Below are positions 1-9,589 of a DNA stretch of 64,000 nucleotides, one piece after another. The position numbers and the translations under genes were made by a program. Source of the DNA: Candidatus Pacearchaeota archaeon (lineage in GTDB: Archaea; Nanobdellota; Nanobdellia; Pacearchaeales; DTIR01); assembly GCA_018303805.1 (NCBI GenBank), contig JAGVXL010000001.1, positions 506,164 through 570,163 of the forward strand, in the 5' to 3' direction. The number at the start of each line of letters is the position of its first letter. The first letter of the stretch is position 1. A model generated the notes under the pieces. It worked only from the letters and a program-made list of their open reading frames with translations. It searched no databases and was not told the DNA's origin.

Positions 1-3000
1 CAGGACAACCCTCTAATGAGATTTACTTGCCAGGATATTATTGCTCTGCCGCTTTGAAAATAAATCTGAATAGTGTTAATTATCCTGAAATCAAGGCAAA
101 AATAAGAATAGGAGATGATGAGTTCTGGCTTGCAAAAGGCCAGAGGTTCCTTGAAGAGAACTGCTGGGTTTCAAATATAGAGCAGAATATTATTGGAGGG
201 GGAAAAGTTACAATAAACTGCAAGGATTCAACTCCTGCAACATTAGAGATAGACCCGCCAAGAGCAAGATTATTGGTTAAGGATTCTGCAACAAAAAAAG
301 AAGTTGCATCAGATGATTTTGCTGTTAGGGATGAGCTTGTTTCAGGCAAGGGCATTTATCTCGGCTATGTTGGAAACACAGAAAAAGCATTGTCAACACA
401 ATTAAAACAGCTTAATCAGGATTTTGTTGTTATTGTGAAGCCAGAAGCAGCCACTGAAGATTATTTTAACAACCTGAATATAGTTGTTAACAGCATCCTG
501 AAAGGCAGGAAATATTCTTTTTTCAATGTTTTCAAAACCTTGTTGAAGGGCTCTGTGAAATTTGGGGAGGATGTTAAATGCTTAAGCGGTTGCGATGCCA
601 GCTTGGAGAAAGGCTTGCATGACTATCTAGGCAAGGATGCACTTTTCCAGATAGTTTCAACATCTGGAACAGGGCAGGGCACAGCATTTCAAGGTTACCA
701 TTTCACATTTGACAAGACAGTCGGCTCTGTTGAAAAGAGATATGAAAGTGAGGACTTTGGCAAGCTGCTTGAGAAATATTTTGCTGATGCAGCAGAAAAT
801 TACAAGAAGGTTGCAGAGCACTATGGCGATGAAAAGAAAGAGCAGCAGGAAGGGGCAAAGCCAACTTATTATGGCGCTGATGCCCTTTATGAAGCGGCAA
901 AACTTGCAGCAGAGCTGAAAAAATTCAAGACCCAGGAAGATCTGCTTAACAGAATAGTGAAGGATTATCCTGATTCAGGTGTTGCAGAAAATGCAAAACA
1001 AGAGCTTGAGCTGATGAGAATACATGACAGAAGCAAGGCATCTGCGTTTGTTTACACTGCAGGAGGAAGCTATTACACAATTCTAGAGGATATAAAGGAA
1101 GTTGGCAGGGATGACAAGTCTGTTGATTTAACAGTTGATTCAGCTACAGAGACCTATAGCGAGAATGAGGTAGTAAAAGGTACACTCGCTGTTGCAGGAA
1201 TTACAGAGGAATATGTTGATTTTTCCTATCAAAACAAGGAAGGTGATTTAAGGACTTTGAAGATTAAAGAAAAAGATTCTGTCAAGACATTATTCGTTAA
1301 AGACATAGAAACAGACAAGGAAATTTCAGTTAGTTTGAGAGTCAGCAAAATCAACCTGAAGAAAGAGGCATCTGTAACCTTAGAGCCCATGATTGCAAGA
1401 GCGCAGACACAAACTAATTTCACTTTTAAAATGGGGATTGAAAAAAGGGCGATAAAGCTAAGCCCTGAAAAAACCCAGGAGCTGATTAACGAACTTAATG
1501 ATTCAATTGCAAAATGGGAGACAATCGTGAACAATCTTGGCAATCTTGTCAAGACATGGAAGGGAACGTGCTTTGCCGGCTCTGCCTATCTTGTTGTCAA
1601 GAATTTCTTCAGCAACATGGGCGGTGGCAGCATGGCAAGAACAGAAGCCATGAATCACTGGAAAACGATATGCAAGGGCGAGATAGCAGAAGCAAAGAAG
1701 CAGGGCGTGGAGATGAGTTTCCATAAATGCTACACCAATCATGCAGATGAGATTGACGCTTCTGTAGGAAAAATAAAGGAAATTTATGCTGATGTGAATA
1801 ATGATGTGGGGAGCATTAAAAACATGCCAAATGTTTTGGAGACGCAAAAAGGGACATTTGGTATTTTTGATGAAAAATCAACAAATCAAGATGCATGCCT
1901 GAAAGCTTCACAGGAATATTTCAACAAATATCAGAATACAGTATTTAAGTCAGGAGAGAAAGGAAAAGACGACATTAAGGCAAGTGAATTTTTAAGCGAG
2001 GACAAAATAACTCTGCTCAGGGAAAACAACAGGATATATTGCGATGACGTGAAGGACATTCTTTTCAGCTTCAAGCTGCAGCAGGAATGCACAAATGGGG
2101 ATTTTAAATCTAAAAAAGAATACAAACAGTTCTGTGAGCAGATAAATTCAAGGCTTTACAGTGATATGAAGGAGTGGAAGACTATATCCTCCGAGTTGCA
2201 AAAAACTAAAACTGCACAGGAATTATTGGATAATGAAGGCATTCATGCCCGCATAATTTCTTGGGGCGGGGGTTTTGATAATCCCCTTCCTATCAAGAAA
2301 GAGGATTTGATCCCTAAAAAAGATTATATAAAATTGGATGAGAAGGGAATAAAAATTTCAGAGAAGCAGGAAGCAGCGATGATTACCTCAGCTTTTGGTG
2401 AATACATCCTTATATTTGAGCCTTCTGGTTCTGATTATAACATAAAAAAAGTTTATAGTATAGAAACAGAAAATAAAAAAATAATTTCAGCTAAAGAGGA
2501 GGAAAGAGGAAAAAAATTAGTCGACTTAAAGATTTCTTTTGCAAGGCTTACAGAGCCAGGGCAATACTCAAACCCCTATAAAAATCCTGATGTGAAATAT
2601 TGGGAATCAGGCCCTTACAAAGGGCTGCCTGCTGTCCTGCCCCTCGGAGAATATGCCAGCAAGGGATGGTATGTTGCAACTCAGCCAGCTAATCTTGGCA
2701 CTCAAGCAACCAAAGCATTCGCAGAATCAGGAATGCCAGTAAGCTACTGGATAAGCAATGTTAATGGCAATGGCTTGGAAGAATGGGAAACAGCAGGACA
2801 TGGAGATGACAAACCCTATTATATGTTCAGCATGCAGACAGGAATGCCTCTTGAATTTGAGTTTTCCGGATTAGACAAGCAGGAAGCGGCAAAAATGGTA
2901 AGCCTTGCAAGGCAATACCTGCTTGATGCCTCAAAGCAATACACAGGCAAAGGAATGGTGACAGTTGGCGGCAAGTCATTTTTTAGAGGCAAGCCAGCAG

Positions 3001-6000
3001 TAGCAATTCCCCAGTATGAATGCGAGGATTTTATGTCACCAAAGGAATGTAATATTATGTTCAATCTTTGCGACCCTGTTTTATGCCCTTCAAGCAGATG
3101 TGACTTTGGAGGCAAGTATCCTGTCGCTGATGTTGTCCAGACAGGAGTGATAGGAAGCATTGCTTTATGCCTGCCTAATATAAGAGAAGGCATAGCAGTC
3201 CCGATATGCCTGACAGGAATTCATGCTGGCTTGGATAATTTTGTGATGATACAGAAGGCAGTTCGTGACTGCCTGCAGGAAAACTTGAAAACAGGAAGAA
3301 ATGTTGGAATTTGCGACCAGATTAAATCAATCTATTTATGCGAGTTCTTCTGGAAGCAAGCTGCGCCTCTGGCAAAAGTTGGAATATCAAGTTTGCTTGA
3401 AAGTTTGTCTGGCAAATCTAATAATGGCGGCGGGGAATATTTGTTTGTGCAGGATTCCTGGCAAAAGGCCCAGGATTCAGTTAATTATTTCACGAATTAT
3501 TATGGTGTGAATGCATTCAAGGCATTCCAGGCAAGAAGCACAGAGGCAGCGGGAACAGAGGTTTGCAAGGCATGGGCTTCAGTAAGATACCCAACAACAG
3601 CAGGCATGTTTGGCAAGCTGCTTGCGCCTGAATCACCAACACAGTTTTATGCTACATTTTCAGAGGATGTTTTAACAGAAGCAACTCTCCCCCCAACTTC
3701 CCATTACAAGGTGTATTTCAGGATTTATGCAGGCAATGACCAGGGTGTTTATTACAATGTTTATTTGAAAGGGCAGCCGCAGACAGAATATTATGCCCAG
3801 ATGCAGCAGATAGCAGTTCCTAACGCAGTTGGATATATACCACAAGGCGAGCAGGTTGACAGGGCAACTGATTTTACAGCCCCCTCTGGATACAAGGAGT
3901 TGTGTGTCAGAATAAATGCGCAGGAGGAATGCGGGTTTGGGCAGGTAACAACCTCTTTCTTTATGAATGAATTAAAGGATACATATCTAAAGGAGCAGGC
4001 AACACAGCCAATCACAAAAGAAAGTGACTGCATAGAGGGAAAGCCAAGCATAACCCCTGTTGCATTAAATCTAAACCTGCAGGCAGGTGTTTCAGAAGCA
4101 ACTCAGCCAGCAATATACGAGAGGGGCATAATAAGAATATGCGCAACAGACAATCCGAGCATGACAACACAGCCAGACAGGTGGAAGCAAGTTGGCTATT
4201 GCGGGGACAAGAAGACAATATGCTGGCTTGACACAATCTCATTGAATAATAGTTTTAAGGATAAAGGCTTGTTGGGAGAAACATTGGACAAGGCAAAGGA
4301 AATGGCAAAAGAGCTTGAAGAGGGTAAGATGCTAGGTGAGGAGGAAAGTGATAAGGCATTGCAGGGTGCAGGAGAGAACAAAGAAAATCTGGTAGGCAAG
4401 GAAGAAGTTGGAAAAGCAAAAACAGAAGGAGAATTGGACAAGCTTCTCTCCAAAGAAAAACTGCAGTTTGCTGATGCAGATACGGTTGAGGCAGACATTG
4501 ATGATGCAATCAAATCTACAGTTTCACAATATGAAGAGGTAATAACTAAATCCGCCCTTAACGCAAAGAAGGCAGAGGCAAGATTTGAGTTCGCAGGAAT
4601 TTATGGGAAAATAACAAGGCTGATTTATGAGAACAAGGTTAGAAAGTCTGAAGGTGAAGAAGAAGCAGCTGTCGGAGCAGAAATAAACCTAGATAAGAGT
4701 AATGAGATAACAGAAGTTTTTTATGAAAGAGACGAGAAAACTATTTTATTTGATGGCAAAAAATATTATGTTTCTGTAGATCTTTCAGATTTGTCTGGAA
4801 AAACAAGAATTAGTATTTCTTTAGACTCTAAGCTAATCTTCCCACAAGTGAATCAGAGGCACATTTATAATTTAGATGGCAAAGGGGGGAATGACGTGGA
4901 GGTTACTTGGGATGGATTTTCAAAAACTCCCAGCATCAGGGTTACCTTAAAATTTGAGAGAATAAGCAAGATTAAAGAAAAGAAATGCAGCGATTGCAAT
5001 AAACTTTTTTCATCTTGTAGCATGGATGAATGCCATGATATGGGGGACTGTTATGTTAATTACAAGACAGGTGTGATTAGTAGCAAGTATGATTGTTTGG
5101 ACTGCAATGCAAACCTACCTTACAAACCTCTTTGTTCTGATTTCAATACTCCTGAAGAATGCGAGGGGAATAAATGCGATGTGATAGGATGTGCATGGGT
5201 AAATGGGGAATGTCAAATTAAAGTGGAGACAGAAGAAAAGAAACTTGCTCAAATAAAAACAACTGCAGAGCAGTGTACAAAATGCGGCGAGGGGCTGCTT
5301 AATAGATGTGATAGAGAAGAATGCCATAACCTAGGAAATTGTTATCTTGAATTTGCTAGTTTGATTACCTATCAATGCATAAACTGCAATGATAAAACAA
5401 AATGTTCTGCTTTTGACGACTATAATGAATGCAAGTTCAACAAATGCAATCTTGATTGCGGATGGACTTCTTCTGGATGTGTTCAATCTAGTTCTTCAGC
5501 TGATGAAAAAAAAAATTTGAATGAGGCTTCTGAGGATACAGCAGAAACTCCGGATAATGTCATCTGCATGGATATAGATGCAGAAGAAAATCCAGGAACA
5601 ATAACAGGCTCTGCTGTTTCAAACAACGAGGTTTGTATTATAATAGGCAAGGGCTACAGCGCTTCTGATATCCTGCAGTCAAAATCTGAAAGCACCTTCC
5701 AGAGCAGGCAAACTCTTTATGCCTTGGTTGACAAGTATGCAAAGCAGTACAATGTCAATTTCAATCTTGTAAGGGCATTCATAGAGGTTGAAAGCAGCTG
5801 GGATACAAAGGAACAGTCAAGCACAGGGGCTTATGGCTTGATGCAGATTAAGGATACAGTTATAAATGATTTCAAAGAAGGGGGGGCATGCGCAAAGTCA
5901 ATAGGGATATTATCCATAAACAAGTATAATACAGAGCAGAATATACAGGGCGGCGTCGCATATCTCGCCTGCAATATGAAAAGATTCAGCAATCTCGGGC

Positions 6001-6773
6001 TTGCTATTGCAGCTTACAAGGAGGGCCCTACTTATGTCTCAAAATACTGCAACACAGATGTTTCTTCCTGCAAAAATCCTTTGTTCAAACAGAACGGGGA
6101 CACTGCAAAGGCATATGTAAAGAAAATCGGGAAAGCATATTACTACACCGCTTCATTAGGTTCTCAGGCAAATGCAGCCGCCCCAGCTGTGAAGAAGCCT
6201 GCCAATAAAAAAGTTGTGATTGATGCAGGACATGGCGGCACTGACCCGGGTGCTGTAAACAGCGGGGGTATAAAGGAAAAGGATATTAATCTGCAAATTG
6301 TAAAAGAGTTGAGAAGCATTCTGGAAAGCAAAGGATATACTCTAAAGATGACAAGAGATGCTGACATCTCGACATCTCTCGCTTCAAGAGTTAAGACGGC
6401 TAATGATTTTGGCGCAGATATTTTTGTCAGCATCCATATGAATTCCGCATCATTGGATGTTGATGGCAAATACTGCTCTGCAAATGGTACTGAAACATTT
6501 TATTACAGGACTTCCACAAAAGGAAAGGAATTTGCACAAACAATACAGGAGAATGTTGTAAGTGCAATAGGCAATGCTAATAGGGGGATAAAAAAGGATA
6601 CAGAATCTGCAGAAGGAAGTTTATATGTTCTCAAAAATACAAACATGCCTGCTGTGCTTATTGAGCTGGGATTTATCTGCAATAAAGAGGAGATACAAAT
6701 TCTTTCAAATTCCCTTGAACAAGAGCAGATTGCCGCAGCAATCTCTCAGGCAGTTTCAACATATCTCTCATAA
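1..6773 (+). CDS. Giant Cys-rich protein with C-terminal lytic transglycosylase (SLT) and N-acetylmuramoyl-L-alanine amidase (Amidase_3) domains; 5'-truncated by window edge
   Basis: Frame is open from nt 3 (GQPSNEIYLPGYYC), so the track start at 27 is artificial. SLT motifs VES, GAYGLMQ, NIQGGVAYL, AAYKEG (~5710-6150). Amidase_3 motifs VVIDAGHGG, EKDINL, FVSIHMN, VLIELGF (~6205-6770). Confidence 0.92.
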   Translation, partial: GQPSNEIYLPGYYCSAALKINLNSVNYPEIKAKIRIGDDEFWLAKGQRFLEENCWVSNIEQNIIGGGKVTINCKDSTPATLEIDPPRARLLVKDSATKKEVASDDFAVRDELVSGKGIYLGYVGNTEKALSTQLKQLNQDFVVIVKPEAATEDYFNNLNIVVNSILKGRKYSFFNVFKTLLKGSVKFGEDVKCLSGCDASLEKGLHDYLGKDALFQIVSTSGTGQGTAFQGYHFTFDKTVGSVEKRYESEDFGKLLEKYFADAAENYKKVAEHYGDEKKEQQEGAKPTYYGADALYEAAKLAAELKKFKTQEDLLNRIVKDYPDSGVAENAKQELELMRIHDRSKASAFVYTAGGSYYTILEDIKEVGRDDKSVDLTVDSATETYSENEVVKGTLAVAGITEEYVDFSYQNKEGDLRTLKIKEKDSVKTLFVKDIETDKEISVSLRVSKINLKKEASVTLEPMIARAQTQTNFTFKMGIEKRAIKLSPEKTQELINELNDSIAKWETIVNNLGNLVKTWKGTCFAGSAYLVVKNFFSNMGGGSMARTEAMNHWKTICKGEIAEAKKQGVEMSFHKCYTNHADEIDASVGKIKEIYADVNNDVGSIKNMPNVLETQKGTFGIFDEKSTNQDACLKASQEYFNKYQNTVFKSGEKGKDDIKASEFLSEDKITLLRENNRIYCDDVKDILFSFKLQQECTNGDFKSKKEYKQFCEQINSRLYSDMKEWKTISSELQKTKTAQELLDNEGIHARIISWGGGFDNPLPIKKEDLIPKKDYIKLDEKGIKISEKQEAAMITSAFGEYILIFEPSGSDYNIKKVYSIETENKKIISAKEEERGKKLVDLKISFARLTEPGQYSNPYKNPDVKYWESGPYKGLPAVLPLGEYASKGWYVATQPANLGTQATKAFAESGMPVSYWISNVNGNGLEEWETAGHGDDKPYYMFSMQTGMPLEFEFSGLDKQEAAKMVSLARQYLLDASKQYTGKGMVTVGGKSFFRGKPAVAIPQYECEDFMSPKECNIMFNLCDPVLCPSSRCDFGGKYPVADVVQTGVIGSIALCLPNIREGIAVPICLTGIHAGLDNFVMIQKAVRDCLQENLKTGRNVGICDQIKSIYLCEFFWKQAAPLAKVGISSLLESLSGKSNNGGGEYLFVQDSWQKAQDSVNYFTNYYGVNAFKAFQARSTEAAGTEVCKAWASVRYPTTAGMFGKLLAPESPTQFYATFSEDVLTEATLPPTSHYKVYFRIYAGNDQGVYYNVYLKGQPQTEYYAQMQQIAVPNAVGYIPQGEQVDRATDFTAPSGYKELCVRINAQEECGFGQVTTSFFMNELKDTYLKEQATQPITKESDCIEGKPSITPVALNLNLQAGVSEATQPAIYERGIIRICATDNPSMTTQPDRWKQVGYCGDKKTICWLDTISLNNSFKDKGLLGETLDKAKEMAKELEEGKMLGEEESDKALQGAGENKENLVGKEEVGKAKTEGELDKLLSKEKLQFADADTVEADIDDAIKSTVSQYEEVITKSALNAKKAEARFEFAGIYGKITRLIYENKVRKSEGEEEAAVGAEINLDKSNEITEVFYERDEKTILFDGKKYYVSVDLSDLSGKTRISISLDSKLIFPQVNQRHIYNLDGKGGNDVEVTWDGFSKTPSIRVTLKFERISKIKEKKCSDCNKLFSSCSMDECHDMGDCYVNYKTGVISSKYDCLDCNANLPYKPLCSDFNTPEECEGNKCDVIGCAWVNGECQIKVETEEKKLAQIKTTAEQCTKCGEGLLNRCDREECHNLGNCYLEFASLITYQCINCNDKTKCSAFDDYNECKFNKCNLDCGWTSSGCVQSSSSADEKKNLNEASEDTAETPDNVICMDIDAEENPGTITGSAVSNNEVCIIIGKGYSASDILQSKSESTFQSRQTLYALVDKYAKQYNVNFNLVRAFIEVESSWDTKEQSSTGAYGLMQIKDTVINDFKEGGACAKSIGILSINKYNTEQNIQGGVAYLACNMKRFSNLGLAIAAYKEGPTYVSKYCNTDVSSCKNPLFKQNGDTAKAYVKKIGKAYYYTASLGSQANAAAPAVKKPANKKVVIDAGHGGTDPGAVNSGGIKEKDINLQIVKELRSILESKGYTLKMTRDADISTSLASRVKTANDFGADIFVSIHMNSASLDVDGKYCSANGTETFYYRTSTKGKEFAQTIQENVVSAIGNANRGIKKDTESAEGSLYVLKNTNMPAVLIELGFICNKEEIQILSNSLEQEQIAAAISQAVSTYLS

Positions 6774-6778
6774 AAAAG

Positions 6779-6906
6779 TGCGGGGGATAGGATTTGAACC
6801 TATGCAGGCACTAAGCCACTAGCTTTCTGAGATTTTTTCTTTCCGAGGTTTCTTCCTGAGAAAGCTCGCCTAAGGCTAGCCCGTTTGGCCGCTCCGGCAC
6901 CCCCGC
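6779..6906 (-). tRNA. tRNA-Leu(TAG) with 44-nt intron at 37/38 (6825-6868)
   Basis: Hand fold: acceptor GCGGGGG/CCCCCGC-A; anticodon stem CTAGC/GCTAG; loop CT-TAG-G|intron|A; long variable arm; T-loop TTCAAAT. Confidence 0.93.
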
Positions 6907-6909
6907 ATA

Positions 6910-6970
6910 ATAAGAAACCTACGGTTTCTTATGAACTTCCCTCTAAAAGGGTTCCTTACGAATTTAGATT
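6910..6970. repeat. Palindromic hairpin cluster immediately 5' of tRNA-Leu
   Basis: Perfect 10-bp inverted repeat ATAAGAAACC-tac-GGTTTCTTAT (6910-6932), then CCCT-ctaaa-AGGG and CCTTACGAA. Confidence 0.7.
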
Positions 6971-7025
6971 ATGCTTAATGCTATATAAAAATTTTGTTTT
7001 AGAGAAAAAGCCAAAATTTCCCTGC

Positions 7026-7283
7026 CTACTCTTTCTTTGCCTGTGCAGATGTTGATGCAGGGGATATGTAGATTATTGTGTCTCCCCTGATAAAGGCAAG
7101 CCCAATGCTCTTCTTGGCTTCATTGTTCTCTATCTCTTTCGCATTGTCAAGCACGATGTTGATGTGGATATCAAATGCCAGCAATGTGCCAACGAGCTGC
7201 TTGTCATTCTTCAACTGCAATAGTATCTCTTTGCCCTTGGAATTGTTCAGCAAGTCCAAAGGCCTTTCGACTCCGTTAACCAT
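7026..7283 (-). CDS. Sm-like archaeal protein (SmAP/LSm)
   Basis: RPLDLL...LLAFDIHINIVLDNA...FIRGDTIIYISP match the Sm1/Sm2 motifs. Confidence 0.92.
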   Translation of the reverse strand: MVNGVERPLDLLNNSKGKEILLQLKNDKQLVGTLLAFDIHINIVLDNAKEIENNEAKKSIGLAFIRGDTIIYISPASTSAQAKKE

Positions 7284-7382
7284 CCTAAAATCTTATCTGG
7301 AGAGTTTTTAAATATTTCCCTCTTTTAAGATATATATTCTAATTTTCATAAGATATTTAATCTTTTACGCTCTTTTTTTCGG

Positions 7383-7769
7383 ATGGGGGATATAAGATAC
7401 TTCATTAGGGATTATGTTAATTCTAAAAGGGCCCCAGATAGAAAATCCCAATTATTTATACATGAGGAAAATAGCGATTCAGCGCAAAAGCACGCACAAT
7501 ATATTTTGGATGAAATGCTTAAATGGGGTAGGCATAGGTTCTGGGAGATACAGCATTTTAATCCATTTTGTCACGGTGAATACAATTCAGAAAATATCGG
7601 TCCATCTGAAGGGACTGCCTCGTTGGAGGAACACATAGTGGGCATAATCTCTGATTTTGATAAGGACCATTGGAACAATATGATGAATCCGGCGTGGACT
7701 CATATTGGTGCAGATGCTGCATATGACAATGCTGCAGGCCTGCTTATTCTTGTGCAGAGGTTCTGCTGA
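7383..7769 (+). CDS. CAP/SCP-domain-like protein
   Basis: Motifs ENIG, HWNNMMNPAWTHIG and C-terminal VQRF are typical of the CAP superfamily. Confidence 0.6.
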   Translation: MGDIRYFIRDYVNSKRAPDRKSQLFIHEENSDSAQKHAQYILDEMLKWGRHRFWEIQHFNPFCHGEYNSENIGPSEGTASLEEHIVGIISDFDKDHWNNMMNPAWTHIGADAAYDNAAGLLILVQRFC

Positions 7770-7830
7770 AAAAGTTTGAATGATAAACGCAAAAGATAAG
7801 CTTTTTAAACTGAAATCTTATGTTTTTATT

Positions 7831-8196
7831 ATGGCAAGAAAAGCTTCTGGTGGAAAATACAAGAAATTAAGGAAGAAAAAGTTATTTGAGAGATTTGGAC
7901 AATCAAGAATTGTAAAACTGGGCAATCCAAAAAAGAAAAAAATTAGATGCATGGGGGGAAAAATAAAAACAGTCCTGCTTACTACAAATTTTGCAAACCT
8001 GCTTGACTTAAAAACAAGGAAATGTAAAAAGGCAAGCATTAAAAATGTCATTGAAACACCTGCAAATAAGTTCCTTGCAAGGCAGAATATACTTATCAAG
8101 GGCGCAATAATTGAAACAGAATTTGGAAATGCAAAGATAACTAACAGGCCCTCACAAGAGGCATGTGTGAATGCTGTGTTAATAGAAGAAAAGTGA
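7831..8196 (+). CDS. rps8e: 30S ribosomal protein S8e
   Basis: RKASGGKY...ARQNILIKGAIIETEFGNAKITNRPSQEACVNAVL. ATG 7831 preferred over track start 7780. Confidence 0.95.
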   Translation: MARKASGGKYKKLRKKKLFERFGQSRIVKLGNPKKKKIRCMGGKIKTVLLTTNFANLLDLKTRKCKKASIKNVIETPANKFLARQNILIKGAIIETEFGNAKITNRPSQEACVNAVLIEEK

Positions 8197-8214
8197 TATT
8201 GGGATTCTTATCAA

Positions 8215-8297
8215 TAGGAGTTCTAACCGGGGTTATATTTAGGAGTTCTAAAGAACCTTGGTTCTTTATTTATAAACCTTACGAAAGGTTTATAAAT
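8215..8297. repeat. Direct and inverted repeat cluster upstream of tfb
   Basis: TAGGAGTTCTAA at 8215 and 8240; AAAGAACC-tt-GGTTCTTT at 8250-8267; perfect 13-bp IR ATTTATAAACCTT-acga-AAGGTTTATAAAT at 8268-8297. Confidence 0.75.
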
Positions 8298-8341
8298 GGT
8301 TTTGCGAAATATTTATAAATACTGCTAAAGCTGTTTGAAAA

Positions 8342-9292
8342 ATGCCCACACAATTTATAAAAAAATGCCCAGAATGCGGAAGCATCAATCTAAGGCATGA
8401 TGAGCAGAAAGGCGAGATCCTCTGTCATGACTGCGGCTTAGTTGTAGAAGACAAGATGATTGACTTCGGCCAGGAATGGAGCCATTTTGAAGAGGGGGAC
8501 AAAAAAGGGAGAGGGGGGGCGCCAATGAGCATGCAAAAATTTGACAAGGGCTTGACAACAAATATTGGCGAGATTTCTGATATTTACAGATTAGAGGGTG
8601 CAAAACAGACACGCAAGTTTTTAAGATTAAAAAAATGGCAGGAAAGGGTATCCACAAGCATTGAAAGAAATTTAAGATTGGCAATGTTTGAACTGCGCAG
8701 AGTTGCATCTTTTTTGAGCTTGCCTAATATTGTCCGGGAGGAGGCCTCCCGTGTTTATAATGTTGTTCTACAAAGGGGCTTGGTAAGGGGCAGAAGCATG
8801 GAATCTGTAATTGCTGCATGCATCTATGCCGCATGCAGAAGCTACAACATTCCTAGAACATTAGATGAGATAGCGAATGCATCAGAAGTTGAAAGAAAAG
8901 AAATTGGTAGGACATACAGATTTATCACAAGAAAACTCACAATAAAAGTAACCCCCTCAAATCCTAAAGATTACATTCCAAGATTTTCATCAATTTTGCA
9001 TTTATCCCCAAAAACTCAGAACGATACTCTTAGAATATTAAGAAGGGCAGAGATTTCAGAGCTGACTTCTGGAAGGGGTCCTGCAGGGATTGCAGCAGCA
9101 GCATTGTATGTTGCTGCCTTGCTCAATGACGAGAAGAAGACCCAACGGGAAGTTGCAGATGTTGCAGGTATAACCGAAGTTACCATAAGGAATAGGTACA
9201 AGGAACTGCTTGAGAAGCTTGACTTGGAGGAAAAATTAAAGATAAAAGAGGCAGAGGCAACCAAGGAAAAAGAGAAGGAAAAGAAGAAATAG
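8342..9292 (+). CDS. tfb: Transcription initiation factor IIB
   Basis: Zn ribbon CPECG..CHDCG, cyclin repeats, GRSMESV, TQREVADVAGITEVTIRNRYKEL. Confidence 0.97.
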   Translation: MPTQFIKKCPECGSINLRHDEQKGEILCHDCGLVVEDKMIDFGQEWSHFEEGDKKGRGGAPMSMQKFDKGLTTNIGEISDIYRLEGAKQTRKFLRLKKWQERVSTSIERNLRLAMFELRRVASFLSLPNIVREEASRVYNVVLQRGLVRGRSMESVIAACIYAACRSYNIPRTLDEIANASEVERKEIGRTYRFITRKLTIKVTPSNPKDYIPRFSSILHLSPKTQNDTLRILRRAEISELTSGRGPAGIAAAALYVAALLNDEKKTQREVADVAGITEVTIRNRYKELLEKLDLEEKLKIKEAEATKEKEKEKKK

Positions 9293-9340
9293 ATAATTTA
9301 TAACGATAAAGCTTAAATTCTGATAATATTTAACTAAGCA

Positions 9341-9541
9341 ATGATAGAAGATTTTATTCTTAATACTACACAAGCAAAGCAGACGAGCCATGAAGAATCT
9401 GTCCCCAAACACATTAAATTTGTTGATAAAAGAAATCAAAAGCAAATTGACAAATTTTATGAAAGGGAAATATTAATCATGAAACACCTAAGAGAAGTTC
9501 GTCATGGACAAAGCCCATACCGCAACACTATTTTTAACTAA
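9341..9541 (+). CDS. Small hypothetical protein
   Basis: ORF fills the gap after an AT-rich promoter-like stretch; no motif recognised. Confidence 0.4.
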   Translation: MIEDFILNTTQAKQTSHEESVPKHIKFVDKRNQKQIDKFYEREILIMKHLREVRHGQSPYRNTIFN

Positions 9542-9589
9542 TTTTATTAAAAAAGATAAATTTATATTCTAGCTATTATCTCTTATTCT

